The position numbers and the translations under genes were made by a program. Below the pieces are notes generated by a model. That model had not been told where the DNA came from. It did not search any database and saw only the letters and a list, made by a program, of their open reading frames with translations. From Squalus acanthias (lineage: Eukaryota): DNA of 64,000 bases. Shown here piece after piece: positions 1-13,320 of the stretch. The stretch is taken from positions 126,854,001 through 126,918,000 of the forward strand of contig CM059432.1 of assembly GCA_030390025.1 (NCBI GenBank), read 5' to 3'. Numbering within the stretch: the stretch's first letter is position 1; every line of letters begins with the position of its first letter.

Positions 1-309
1 TGGTGGTGGTGGCGCAGTGGATCATAACCCCAGGTAGTTTCTGTCCGAGAAAAATGTGTCGCGTTAGAGGTCTGCTCAACAAGCAATGTCCGACTAAGGT
101 GCACAGCTTTGAAGCAGTCATTTAGATGTGACATAATCCAGATGGCTTTACATATACATGGAGTATGCCAAGTCAGCAAGGCAGGCACACATTCGCAGGA
201 GGGGAAGGTTACTCCATGCGAGGAGCCCCGAAAGGTAGTGAATTTATTGGGGGGCTTAAATTTTACAGATCGAAAGCATGGCCGATTATTTACGTTATAA
301 ACATGTTCA

Positions 310-1745
310 ACAACTTGCATTAATATAGCGTCTTTAATGTAGGAAATCTTCCCAAGGCACTTTGCAGGAGCATTATCAGACATCAATTTGTCACTGATCC
401 AAAGGAGGAAATATTAAGACGGGTGACTAAAAGCTTGGTCAAAGAGGTAGGTTTTAAGGAGCATCTTAAAAGGAGGATAGCGAGGTAGAGTGGCGGAGAG
501 GTTTAGGGAGGGAATTCCAAAGTTTAGGTCCTAGACAGCTGAAGACACACCTGCCAATGGTGGGGCGAAGGGAGGGGATGCACCAAAGGCCAGAGTTTGA
601 GGAACGCAGAGTTCTTGGAATGTTGTAGGGCTGGAAGAAGTTAGAGATAGGGAGGGGAAGGGAAGTCCATGAAGAGATTTGAACACCCGGATGAGAATTT
701 TAAATTGGAGGTATTGGTGAACCAGGAGCCAATGTAAGTTAGCGAGCACAGGGGTGATAGGTGAATGGAACGTGATACGGTTTAGGATATGGGCAGAGTT
801 CTGGATGAGCTCAAGTTTAATGAGCGTACAAGATGGGAGGTCAGCCAGGAGAGCGCTGTAATAGTCGATACTGGAGAAAACAAAAGCATGGATGAGGGTT
901 CCAGCAGCAGATAAGTTGAGGCCGGGGCAGAGATGGGCAATGTTACGGAGTGGAAGTAGGCGGTTTTTGTGATGGAGAGGATATGGGGTCAGAAGCTCAG
1001 CTCAGGATCAAATAGGACGCTACGGTCGAACAGTTTGGTACAGCCCGAGACCATATCCAGGGAGAGGGATGGAATTGGCAGAAAGGGAACGGAGTTTGTG
1101 GCCAGGGGGTGGGGGAGACACTAAGACAATGGCCATGATCTTACCAATGTTTAATTGGAGCAAATTACGACTCATCCAAGACTGAATGTCGCATGAGCAG
1201 TCTGACAAAGAGGTAGCGGAGGGGTCGAGAGTGGTGGTGAGGTATAGCTGGGTATCAGCGTACATGGGGAAACCTGACGTCATGTCTTCGAATGATGTCA
1301 CCAAGCAGAAGAGAAATAGGAGGGGGCCAAGGGCAGATCCTTGGGTGTCTCCAGAGGCACTGTTGCGGGAGTCTCAGGCTATGACTGGATAGGTAGTGAG
1401 GGCAGTCCCACTGAGCTGGACAACTAGTGAGAGGCATTGGAAGAGGGTGAGGAGCCTCGAGAAGGACGAGGAGGAATAGTGCGCCACGGTCATTGAGGAT
1501 GTCATTTGTGACTTTGTTTAGGGACATTTCAGTGCTGCGAGGGGTGGAAACCTAATTCGAGGGGTTCACACCTGGAGTTGCGGGAAGATGGGCACAGATT
1601 AGGGAAGCAACAACGTGTTAATGCACTTGAGAGGAAAGGGACGTTATCGATGAGAATGTAGTTTCAAGGTCAGAGGGGTCAAAGGTGTTTTTTTTGAAGT
1701 GGGGATGATGGCAGATTTGAAAGGGAGGCAGACAATACCCGAGGA
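310..1745 (-). mobile_element. L2-clade LINE, 5'-truncated, degenerate
   Basis: Minus-strand RT remnants (KVTNDIL, MYADTQLY, LQLNIGK, LHWL, FKILI..FKSLHGL). The 3' tail (..CGCTATATTAATGCAAGTTG) resembles the other L2 copies here. Confidence 0.8.
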
Positions 1746-3362
1746 GGGAATCGTAGTCAAACATAATGCATGTTACACACATGGCTAATACATTTTTAAA
1801 AAATTTCTAACTGTTCCATCTCCACTCCCAATGTTTATAACATGAAAAACCATTAGGTTTTAAGTGTTAAATGCTGCTAGTTTTCATCTGCAATAAGTCA
1901 TTTCAATGTCAAGCTATGTACCTGACTGGTTAACCACTCACTCCTACCCCCACAGCTGAAAACACACACAGATTTGTAATCAGGTTTCAAATGTCATTTC
2001 ACTCCCTGCAGGTTCAAAGCCAAAAATGCAACTTTGAAGTTCCTACTGCAACATCCTCCTGTGCAGGGATCCAAAGCTTTTGAACAGACAAAACGTCACT
2101 GCAGTCCTAATTACAAACTAGGATCGACCATCTGTGCAGAATGTCATGTGTACACTAATCAATGTGAATATCTGTTGCCATTCACTCCAAAGCCAGCCAA
2201 CTTTTGGTAACTTATTTCCTGCTTGACAAACAAAACTAATTGTGCACAATGCTTATCTACCAAGTTCTGTAAATGTAACTGAAATGCACCAAGTCTTGCA
2301 CACAATTCATGGAGAACGAAGCAGATAGTGATCTCCATGAGGATTTTATGCAAGTTGCCACCTTCCCATGCTTTTGTACACAGACTTGCCCCAGCAATGG
2401 AAACAAAACTCAGTTTCTCATCTCATATTAAGTCACAGAGCAAGCATTTACTACAATAAAAGTGACTGATGAAATATGCTTGAAATTTACTGCACTCCAA
2501 GTAGGAATTTTCAGTATCTTGGAGCTCATTTATAAAAGGAACACTCCAGAAGGTCAACTGAGAATTGTGCAATGAATCTGAACGCCACCCTGGCCTGACA
2601 GACAAGTGCAGGTTATGCTGTAACTACAGGTTTAAATGTTCTGGTCAGGACTCTTATCAAATTCTGGAACTCAATAAAACCATGGCTGGCCTTACTACCT
2701 GTTACTCTATTTATTGCAATTTATCTTCATGTTTACTCTACTTGCAGCAGAGGGGACACTTGCTCTACAAGATGTATACCCCAAACTGACAATGCACATG
2801 ACAAATACAGAATGAGCACATGTGAAACATATGCCTATTTTAGCAAATAATGCCTGGATTGCTCCCGGTACTGAAGCAACAGTAAGCAGCATGAGCTCCT
2901 TCCTGTTGAGGAAACATGACCCTACCAATGTGTAGCATTATCAAAATGTAGGCAAGGTTCTCAGTGGCTTTGCAGGTACCAAGAAACATGTAGGTTTAAA
3001 ATGTGTCTCTGCGCTATAAATTCTATGTAATTAACAATGACCCTATTTTCAAATATTGATATATACAGATAATCTTGAGATACAATTTTTTTTTTTTTAA
3101 ATCACTGGATTTCCAATTAACACATTTCCAGAGACAGGCCAAACATGTACTGTAACTGATATAACATCCACCTTTTGTAATTGTAAATGACATAGCATTT
3201 GCAGCACAGAGACAAATGCTAAACCTACATGCTTCTTAGTACCTTTCTTACTGCCACTGTTGATTCAGTTCCAGCCCAAGATGCAGTTTTTTTTTTAATG
3301 CTAAAACACTTCATTCCTCATGGGCTTAAAATTAACAAATGCCTCACACAGCTGGTCCCACC

Positions 3363-3529
3363 CAACGTTCCCTCCAAGCTCAGCTGTCTGCCGGTCCCGT
3401 GCAGACCGGGTCCGGCTTTTCCAATGTGAAATTCCGCGCATGCGCGAAACTTTGAATGGGCCACGCAGCCCGTTAAAGGGGCCACGCATCCAAAAAAAAA
3501 TGTGGGGGAGGGGGCGAGAAGAGACATTG
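3363..3529. mobile_element. hAT-type MITE
   Basis: Ends CAACGTTCCC..ACATTG; 8-bp TSD GTCCCACC/GTCCCACT; same family as 45611-45745. Confidence 0.7.
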
Positions 3530-3679
3530 GTCCCACTTCCCTTTAACATAACTTGAAGGACACATGTTACAGGTAAGCCCAATGCATCTACCAGTATCTA
3601 TGACAATAGGCAAATGCATACACACCTCTGCAGGCTGCTCTGATCACCTGCTACACCACTTGAGAATTTCAGCTACACT

Positions 3680-4262
3680 TGTAAGGAAGAGCATTTATAG
3701 TATCTTATCACAGCCTCATGACATCGCAAAGTACTTCACACCTATCAATTACTTTTGGAGTGAAGTCAAATGACAATTTCACAGAGCAACAGTTCCACAA
3801 ACACCAAATGAGGTGAATTGACCATTTAATCTCTTTTTAATGATGGTGTCAGTTGAGGCCGGAATGTTGGACATGACACCAAAAGAACCTCTCTTCTTGA
3901 CTAGTGCCATGGGCAAAGTTCCCTCTAATTTTGTGCGTGCGATCCCTTTAACTGGCTGCACGGCCATTTCAAATTTTCGCACATGCCAGTTTCTTCCACG
4001 TAAAAGCCAGTGAGCGGCCTGCGCAGGACCTTGGGATCGCTGCACGGCCGCACAGCTTAGCGGAAACAATGGCTATGGGATCTTTCACATCCACCAAAAC
4101 AGGCGGACGGCCTAGTTCAATGATAGCATCACGACAACGCAGCACTTCCTCAATACTGCACTGAGTGTTAACCTAGACTTTGTGTTCAAGTCCTGTAGTG
4201 TTGCTTGAACCCACAACCTTGAAACTCAGCTAAGAGTGCTAATAACGGAGCGAAGCTGACAC
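3680..4262 (-). mobile_element. DeuSINE (SacSINE1/AmnSINE1-like), degenerate, interrupted by a MITE
   Basis: Reverse complement resembles the 16123 SINE (GGTTGTGGGTTCAAG head, GTGGATGTGAAAGATCCCAT core, AAGTACTTTGCGATGTC tail). Confidence 0.65.
3914..4071. mobile_element. hAT-type MITE inserted in a SINE
   Basis: TIR CAAAGTTCCCTCTAA / TTAGCGGAAACAATG; 8-bp TSD GCCATGGG/GCTATGGG. Confidence 0.75.
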
Positions 4263-4417
4263 TGGGCCAAAGCGGAGTTGCCAAGACTGTGGGGAAAGAC
4301 CAGAGGCCGAAGGGTAACAATGGAAGGGAGCTGCCAGTGGAGAAAACTAACGGCACGGTTTTGCAGTTTCTATGGCTAACCTTGTTATGACCAACGATAA
4401 ACACCAATTAATATATT

Positions 4418-5017
4418 GGCCTGGATTTTGCGTTGATCGTAAGCCTTGTAAAAGACCTCGCAAGTTCCGGTTTCCGCATGCGCGAAAACCCAGAACTTAC
4501 GATCTGTCATGGTTCACTTTGACAGAGCTACTGCACTGCCTCAAAAATCACTTTTGCTGGCATATTAAAACTAAAAAAAATCATGCACAAACATTTAAAA
4601 TTAGTTAATATAAATTTTGGCCCGGATTAAAATGTTTAAAAAAAATTTTTAAGATGTAAATTTTTATTGTAAATGCTTTATTGAAGGGACTTTTAATTAA
4701 ATTTGAAAAAGGGAAGTTATTTTTATACCAGTTGTATAAATTATTTAATTATTTGGGGATTCCGTTCATAAATGGAATTCCCATAAGTATATTAGGAATC
4801 CTCCTTTCTGATTGGAGGACCTGGCCCAGGTGATCCCAGGGACACTTCCGAACCACCTGCGTCCCTGGGATCTATGGGCCTTTGCGCAGACGTATGTCTG
4901 CAGGCCCAGGACCTGAAGTCTCCGAAGCCTGAAGGCTTTTTTTAAATTTAATTTAATTTTTTTAATCGGGTCGAAAGCGTACTCCAGAGGTACGCCTCCG
5001 ACTGCAATTTCCGGCCC
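4418..5017. mobile_element. Harbinger/PIF-type MITE
   Basis: TIR GGCCTGGATTTTGC / GCAATTTCCGGCCC; 3-bp TSD ATT; AT-rich centre; related to 19398 and 40957. Confidence 0.75.
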
Positions 5018-5669
5018 ATTGATTCTTTTCATTAAAATGGATTAAATTTAAGGGAATTTTCATTGCTTATACAAGTAAATATTAAGACAAATTTAAAAGT
5101 TTTTAGGTAAACCAATTACTGTAAGTTTGTCAACTCAGTATAGAAAAATCTACTACACTGAAATCAGTATCATTGAGACACCAGTAGTGCATTCATCAGT
5201 ACTGAGAAATAATCTAAATGCAGAGGGTTGCCAAATCCAGGTCTGTTTACAAAAGCTACAGATGTAAAATATACGCGACATTAAAGTGTCAGCAGATAGG
5301 ACTAAACCCAGAGTTGGCAACTTTTAGACTGCATCGCTGGTCTATTCCAGATTACAAAAATCCTGTGTACAACAGATCTCTGCGCAAAGAACAATTCCTC
5401 CCTAATCTAAAATTCCAACATTTACTGCACAAACTAAATTAATCCTAGGCACTGAACATTTACATTTCAAAAAGACAATTTTCTATCTCAGTTTATAAAA
5501 CGCCACTCCTTGTCAATGAAATTTAATTCTACAAACCCAATCTGCAACAGGTGCTTAAGATCGGACCACACTAAAATTAGCCAGTGAAGTACAAAATCTA
5601 AATCTCCTTAAAGCAAGCAGAATGGAGTACAGTGACAAAATAAAAATGGAAATTAAATATTCACAATAC

Positions 5670-5714
5670 CTGCTAAGATTGAATTTGTTGAGTTTTTCCG
5701 ATACTTCCCGTAAT
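5670..5714 (-). CDS. UBR5: UBR5 coding exon 2 (45 bp)
   Basis: ttttcag|A TTA CGG GAA GTA TCG GAA AAA CTC AAC AAA TTC AAT CTT AGC AG|gtattg. Continues exon 1 in phase 2 as (R)LREVSEKLNKFNLS, matching the vertebrate UBR5 N-terminus RLREVSEKLNKYNLNS. Confidence 0.95.
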
Positions 5715-6140
5715 CTGAAAAGAAATAAGTCTAGTTGAAGCAGTGCAATAATAAAATTTATAATTTCAGTTACTCAGTGGTCCTCCACCATCCTTCGCTA
5801 ATTAATAAGGATACATCTTACAGCTCCAACTTCAATACATGTTATGATACTGGTGTTGAACTATATAGTTTACCTCGACTGCTGAAGACCAACTATGGAA
5901 AATTTCTACACTGCACAAAATATGCTAATTAACCTTTTTTCCCCCCCAACTATAATTTTGTTACCATACTAACTTTAATTTGCCTTGTGCTTTTTGAAGA
6001 TGGAGCCACACAAGATTATTGACACCACATAAAACTAATAAGCAGCTTCATTTCACAAAATATTTAAATCTTGGTTAACTTCAGTGTAACGTTGCTTTTT
6101 AAACCCAAGGGTTTTAATTTTGAAGCAGTAATGCCTCAAT

Positions 6141-6829
6141 GGCCCAGATTTTGCAGTGGGTAAAGACAGCAAACTGCCAGCGTTTGCCATCATTACCCCA
6201 CTGAAACTGACCACAACACCAGGATTTAGTGCATGCGGAAATCTTGAAGTTGCGAGCAGCCATTCACTGCTCCGACGCAGGCCCCCCCCCCCCACCCAAA
6301 ATAGCCGGCAATCAGTGGAACTGACAAAAACTTAAGCTTTCCCGCACTATCACTGTTAAGTACCCCATTAAATGTTAAGCCTTGTTGGAATAGGTGTTAC
6401 TGGGGTGAACAGCGTAGTGACTGCTAACCAACCATTCTAGCCCCGAAAAACTAATTTTTATATTTGTGGAATGTCAAATTTCTCCATTATGATAAAACTT
6501 ACAATTTTGTTCATATTTCAGCTTCTACCTTATTCCCCATGTGAAAGTCTATATTTCGCTCTAACATTTTTATAAAGCGAGGATAAAAGCTGCTTTTTAT
6601 TTCCTGGTTTGCGGTCTGTGAGAATTCTTCAATGTGATTGGCTGCTTAGACAGCTTGATGACATCACGGCTGCGTTGCTCGGGGAATCCCCTAGTCACAG
6701 CGCTACAATCAATTACATGTCGAGAAACCACACGTTTTCGCCACAGATATTGCAAGATCTCTGTGGGCCGCTTTCTTCGATGTCAGCAGCGAGTGCCTTT
6801 GCTTTGCCGCGCAGGACAAATTACGGGCC
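6141..6829. mobile_element. Harbinger-type MITE
   Basis: TIR GGCCCAGATTTTG / CAAATTACGGGCC; flanks AAT/ATT; colinear homolog at 49393-50181. Confidence 0.7.
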
Positions 6830-7189
6830 ATTATCTTGAGCTACATGGTGCTACACCAGGATTCTCTTGAAACAAGATACAGTATACGTTGTACTTTGCC
6901 ATTTACCTTTGCAACTGTCATTAAAACTCACTGGTGTAGGTTCACAGTACTGCGAAGAGGCAATCTGCAAGCCAAATACCATCTCACATTTAGATCCCAT
7001 TCTAATTTTTCCCTGTCAGCTTACAAGCTGCACGAAAGGTCCAGGTACGATAAGATACGATGCCTGACCCTCAACATTTTCCCCTAAAAATTATACATTT
7101 ATAACATTTTGTAGCTGGCACATAATGCAAACTTAATCACACTGCAACTTTACAGATTCTACTCATTAAAATCTAGCCTCATCATCCCC

Positions 7190-8285
7190 TTTTCAAAAAA
7201 CGCACCCTTTACTCCTCTCTCCCCTTACAAACTACCGCCCCATCTACAACCTCCCTTTCCCCTTCCAAAGGTCTTGAACATGTTGTTGCCTCCCAAATCC
7301 AAAATCTACACTTATCTTTCCCATAACTCCATGTTTGACCCTCCCCAGCCATGTCACTGAATCAGCCCTAATCAAATTTACAAATGACATCCTGTGTGAC
7401 TGTGACCATGGAGCACTATCCCTCCTCATACATCTCGACCTGTCGGCAGCCTTTGACACTTAACCACACCATCCTCCTCCATGGTCCATCAGAGTGGGAC
7501 TGCCTTTGCCTGGTTCCATTCTTACCTATCCAGTCATAGGTAGAGAATCTCCTGCAATGTCTTCTCTTCTCGCCACATTATATCTGGAGTCCCCCAAGGA
7601 TCTATCCTTGCACCCACCCGCCCCACCTAATTTCTCATCTACATGCTGCCCTTTGACATTATCTGAAACACAATGTTGGGTTTCACATGCACGCTGACAA
7701 CACCCAGCTCTCTCACCACCCCTCCACTGCCTCTATTGTCAAACTGCTTGTCTGACATCCAGTCCTGAATGAGCTGAAATTTCCTCCAATTAAGCACTGG
7801 GAAGACTGAAGCCATTGTCTTCAATCCTGTCATAAACTCTGCTCCCGCACCACCCCACTCTCTGACCACTCTCTCAGGCTCAACCAGACTGTTTGCAACC
7901 TCGGTGTCCTATTTGATCCCCAGCTGAACTTCCAACCCCATATCCTCTCCATCACAAAGACCGCCTATTTCTACCTCCACAATATCGCCCACCACCACTT
8001 CGACCTCATCCCGTCTGCTGCTGAAACCCTCATCCATGCTTTTGCTACCTCCAGACAACTATTCCAATGCTTTACTGGCCAGCCTCCTACCTTCCATAAA
8101 CTGAAGCCCATCCAAAACTCTGCTGCCCATATCCTAGCTCGCACTAAATCCCATTCACCCGTCCTCACTGACCTACACTGGCTACCAGTCCAGCAACACC
8201 TCAATTTTAAAATTGTATTTAAACCTTCATGGCTTCACTCCTCCCACCTCAACAACCTCCAAGAACTCTGCATTCCTCCAACTTT
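7190..8285 (+). mobile_element. L2-clade LINE fragment
   Basis: RT remnants (TESALIKFTNDIL, LDLSAAFDT, GVPQGS-like, ADNTQL, LTDLHWLPV). Confidence 0.8.
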
Positions 8286-8593
8286 ACCAAGGGCAAACAA
8301 GATTTTCTTAGAGAGCACGAGTCTTGTGTACATCAGAGAATCCGCAAAGTACTCCTATTTAAGTCTGGGCTCCGAATAGGTCAACACTATTATAGTTACC
8401 ACTCCCTCTCAAATTGTCCTATTTGATCCATTCTTCAATTGGTGCATACCAACTTATAAAATTAATTATTGTTATGCTTTGTGACCAGGGAGATAATGCA
8501 GTGGAAGTCTTATTCATGGATATCAGCTGCTGAACAAAGGTTTCCAAAATTCCTGTGCTAACCAGTTTCCACCCCTCATGCTTTCGTACCCTG

Positions 8594-8700
8594 CCACATT
8601 ACAACAGTGACGACACTCCAAAAGTACTTCATTGGCTGTAAAGTGCTTGGAGATGTCCGGTGGTCATGAAAGGTGCTATATAAATGCAAGTCTTTCTTTC
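8594..8700 (+). mobile_element. DeuSINE 3' fragment
   Basis: Matches 16485-16592 (ACATTACAACAGTGAC..TATATAAATGCAAGTCTTTCTTT). Confidence 0.75.
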
Positions 8701-8940
8701 TGCCCATCACCATTTTGATTTCCCTGATAGATCCCTGAACTTTACTACTCTACAAAGATTTGATGTCAAATAAATTTGTGACTTACAAACTCTGAGTACA
8801 TCTCTATTGCAGAGAGATATTGCACAAATGCCCATATTCTATCAACGGATGACAGAAACTTCTCAGAACACTCAATTGCAATCTCCACTTCAACACCATA
8901 GTTATAGCCTAAAAAGTTATCAAAATACACTGCATTTAAC

Positions 8941-9160
8941 TAAAACCCAAATACTGCAGACGCTAGAAATCTGAAACAAATTTAAAAATTGCTGGAAATA
9001 CTTAGCAAGTCAGGCACAGCATCCGTGAAAAGTGACAAGTCAACATTTCAGGCATTGCCGATCATCATCTAAAGGAAGATGCCTGAAACGTTACTTGTCG
9101 CTTCTTTCCACAGATGCTGTGCCTTACATGCTGAGTGTTTCCAGCATTTTCTGTTGTTTT
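8941..9160. mobile_element. Palindromic PLE-terminus-derived element (degenerate)
   Basis: Inverted arms homologous to 17582-17824; 15-bp TSD TACACTGCATTTAAC (8926-8940 and 9161-9175). Confidence 0.75.
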
Positions 9161-12100
9161 TACACTGCATTTAACATGTACTACACTATTTGATTAGGAA
9201 GAGAACTAAATTGCTCCCAAATTCTATGGCATCAAAATTGACTAATCAGAAAAAGTAATAACCACATTTGAAAATCAATTAATCCAAAAAGGTACAGTGA
9301 TGTTGCATCAATCAACCTACCAGGGGCAACCAAATACTTCATTGGTTGTAAAGCGCTTTGGGACATTCCGAGTGGCAGCATCAACAAGAGGTCAGGTCTG
9401 TCTCTGCTGTGCGGGTAATATTTTTCTGGCTTTGAAAATCCTACAATTTACTAAGTACATCAACTGACAATCCACAAAATACCCGAATACTGCCTGTTTT
9501 AACTTTACTCAAATTCCTAAATTGTTAATTCCAAAGCAACTAACAAAAATATGCAGCAAATACCTCCTCAGCATTTCTACTGTGGCAAAAAATTAAAATT
9601 AGCTAAGTGCTCATTTGCCAATCTGAGCAGAAATGCAAGTCCAACAAAAATACATCTAATGATATACAGTCCATGTGATAAAGGACTTACATAGCCAAGT
9701 AAGTAACAAACGTTCTCTGGAATGAATTATTTAACTATGTGAGATCAAATTTGTGGCAAGCGTTTTCTTTGCTGAAGCAAGAGAAAATGCAGATACCTTG
9801 CTGCATAACTAAACCAGTTTGCATCAAGTACTGAAAGGAGTTGACACATACAGATTAAGTGTCCAGTTAGTATGCCAATTTTTTTTCAATAAACAGTGAT
9901 CACTAGACATACAAGTGGCTGTACATAAGTACAAGTGTCAGAACTTGCAAGACAAACTCAATGAGTAATTCTCCGAAGTGTGATTTAAATGTTTGTACAC
10001 AAGAGAAGTCTGAATGCAGTCAAGCTGTATTAGGCTTTGTGCATGACAATCTAGTCCTATTTCTTATATAAACCATAGCTCAGTTCATTAACTGTACTTA
10101 ATTATTGTACTTAATTGTGTAAAATTTAGGCTAGTATAATTCCCATCAATCATAGTTTCCGCAAAATCAATGATCTAGCAGGGAATAGGAACTATAGAAA
10201 TAACTGCAACTCAACTGAAAACTTAAGTGCATCACTGTTTCATTATATGTTTTCCTTACTTCTTTGGTCAACAAACATCCCTAAAAAAATACACTAATGA
10301 GACTAAATCCCCAACTGTTTTCCTATGACAACTACTGCTAAGCAGAGTTACCTTATAAGTCGGCAAAACAGACAATCAAAGGAAATCACTGCACAGGATT
10401 GTGAGGTGACTCCATAAAATATTAGTACCAGTAACTGCACAATCCACTTCGCATAAAAGTCAAGCCCTAACATGATGCTAGTAAAAGGAAAGTTCTGCCT
10501 TTTGAATTCCACTCAAAACTGCAACGCAACTCTGACATCATACCTGCCAAGCCTCTTGCTGCACTAAATTTAAGATAACCTGAGCAAAGCAAATACAATT
10601 GTTAAATTTACAATGGGCCAGCGAGTTATGTACAAAGTGAGGTCCCAATCTCATTCATGCCATCAGAAAATACAAGTTGTAAATGCATGTCAAGCATTTC
10701 CCTATGGGAAGAGGAAGTGGGAGAAGGGAGAAGGCACAAGGAGCTGCCTCGATGCAACACGCAGTTACTGAACAGCAGTGGCCAAAGAAGTCAGCTGGGG
10801 AATATCACAGGAGGGAACAGAACATGCAATTTTAACAAATATTATGAATACTAATTTTCTCCTGACTTATTACAGAAGTGACATTACATCCTACACAAGT
10901 CTCATTAATATTTCCTCTTATATTTCATAAAACAGCATATAATTTGTACCTAAAATCTGCCGCAGCATCTTCATTCAGGTCTTTATGGAGCACAAACCTG
11001 CTGATGCAAGTTATGCAATATGAATTTTACCAGCAGGTATAAAAATTCATATGCTTGCATTAAATCAAACCTTGTGTGTCCAATTATCCTAAAGATGAAT
11101 ACTGGTGCCTTAGTCTTCCAAATTTTCACATTGGTTTTAACATGCTTGATTCAGCTATTCCGCTAACCTCCCAAGCTTGATTCCCCTATTCTGCTGACCT
11201 TATGTCAACTGTGCTTGTTTGGGATAGAAACACCAAGCAGCAGCCAGGTAGCTCAGAGAGGGGCTTTGGAGAAAAGGAGGGGGGAAAAAAACCAGAAGCG
11301 TCACCCATGGGCCATGCTGCTTACCAACAGGCTTGGAGCAGCACCAGATGCAGGTCAACTTCAGAATGAGTGCGGCATGGGGAGAATTAGGAGGAATAAG
11401 ATTGAGCAGGAAGATTTTTTTTTAAATCATCAGTTTTGCCCTTATAAAAATACATGGCCTACTTTAACCCATTTAATAAACTGTAAACAAATATTGCTTT
11501 CTAAAAAAAAAAGTGAGCTGAAGAAAAGCATGAAAAAACAAATGCCCAACAATATTTTGCACAACCACTGGCATAAGTTTAATTTGATTTGGATCACTGC
11601 TTACAAATGCAAACACACTTAATATAAATCTGACCTATTATATTCAACAGGAATTATACCACATTTTAATAGTTATCAAATACAGCAATTGGTCAAAAGT
11701 GGCCAAATTTGTCAATGAAATTCCTGCTTTTAATGTACTGTCACACCATGAACCTTAGCTTCTTCAAACTGCAATCTAAGTCAAATTAAGGGTTTGCCCT
11801 GGGTTATCCAGTGAGTACTCCACCCATTGCAAGTTTTTTTTAAATCTTAAAAAGGCATTACCCAGTATTCACTTTTTCCACTCCAGCATTTTGGACATTT
11901 GAGAATATCCTGTTAAACATCTGCCCATTGCCCTCGGCAAAAAGAAATCACATGTTTCAACTCACAGGTAGCAATCTTGCAGAACAGGGTCTGTCAAACC
12001 AGACCAGAGTGACCAATCAAAATGCATATATTAACAGATTAGCAAATTGAACCTATCAGCATATCAGAGATTAAAGTTTCCTCCATTAAAGTATTTAATA

Positions 12101-12559
12101 CTGTAAAAAATATATTAACGTACATTTGCATTCACTATAGGAACACTAGGTTGTCACAAACACAATTGGTCAGTAAAAAGGCTAACAAGGAAAGTAAACA
12201 CAACTACTCCATTTTGTCTTAGAGCAAGGATGTGTATACCTACAAACAAATTTCTGGGTTTTTTTGAGTCCATAAAACTACCTACTTAATACAATTTTAG
12301 GTTCTGTTTTGAAGAGTACAAGTTAAACTGGATATAAAATTCCAATTGATAAAACTTTAAGTGAGCAGGTGACTAACAGATAGCTGCCTTGAGGGGAGGA
12401 AGGGAAAAAACAAGAAAAAATGATTGCTGGAACCATACAAGTCAAATGTTTGGATTTTTGATAGCAGTAATTTGCTATAAAAAAAGTACTTTTCCTAACA
12501 AAACTTCCCAATAGAGAACAGTGGGCACAGTGGAAGTAAAGGAAATTTACAGAAGATGA

Positions 12560-13320
12560 CTAATGGCATGGTCAGAGAGGTGTGTTTTCAGGAGGCTTAT
12601 AAAGGTGGAGAGGGGTAGAGGATAGTACGGTAAAGAATTGTAGAAAAAAAATCCAGAGTACAAGATATGGCAGCTGGAGGCTTCTTTCACCTATAGGAGG
12701 AGAGGGAAGGGGCACAGGAGACCAAAGGGCAGGTGCAGCTGAATGTATTGCAGATGCTTTTTAGAGACAGGGCAGAGCAAGTCCATGGAGAATTCAAATA
12801 CATGAATTTTGAGGCTGACAGGCTATGGGATAGGAAGTCACTGGTATGGTCAGCAAATATGCGAGAATAAATATACAGGATACCTGCCATAGAATTTGAA
12901 GGACTTGGGAATTTGTGTAGACTGCAGCTCAATCCAGGAGAGCATTGCAGAAACTTGAGCCTTGATTTGACAAAAAGCACAGATGAAGGTTTCAGCTGAG
13001 GCAGTAGGTAATGCTTCAGAGATAAGCATCCTGGCAATGGACCACATGTGGTGCTTGAAGCTCAGCTAAGGACACCAGGGTTGTGCACCTGTGGGTTCAA
13101 TCTGAGTGAGAAGCCCCAGAAGGATAGAGAATCTGAATCAGAGACACAAACTGCACAGTATGGCTTTGACAATGAAGCAGAATTCTGACATCCTGGGGTT
13201 GTTGTCAGATAAGTAGGGGAAAAGGATGGCGACAATTGTGGAATCTAGAGTAAATTCAGATAGGTTGCACTGGGTATCAGCATGTACATGGAAATCACTT
13301 CATGTTTGGAATGACATCTC
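12560..13320 (-). mobile_element. Old L2-clade LINE fragment
   Basis: Degraded similarity to the other L2 copies (SAETFICAF, GCTGATACCCAG). Confidence 0.55.

Noticed and set aside
9..36. GTGGCGCAGTGG..CATAACCCC resembling tRNA-iMet pieces
   Set aside because: No B box or cloverleaf and wrong spacing; likely chance or a tiny remnant.
1..5669. UBR5 exon 3 (HPPLNVLEQ..)
   Set aside because: Not found by eye; presumably left of the window.
11215..11622. 135-aa plus-strand ORF in UBR5 intron 1
   Set aside because: TTG start, runs through homopolymer tracts, no recognisable similarity.
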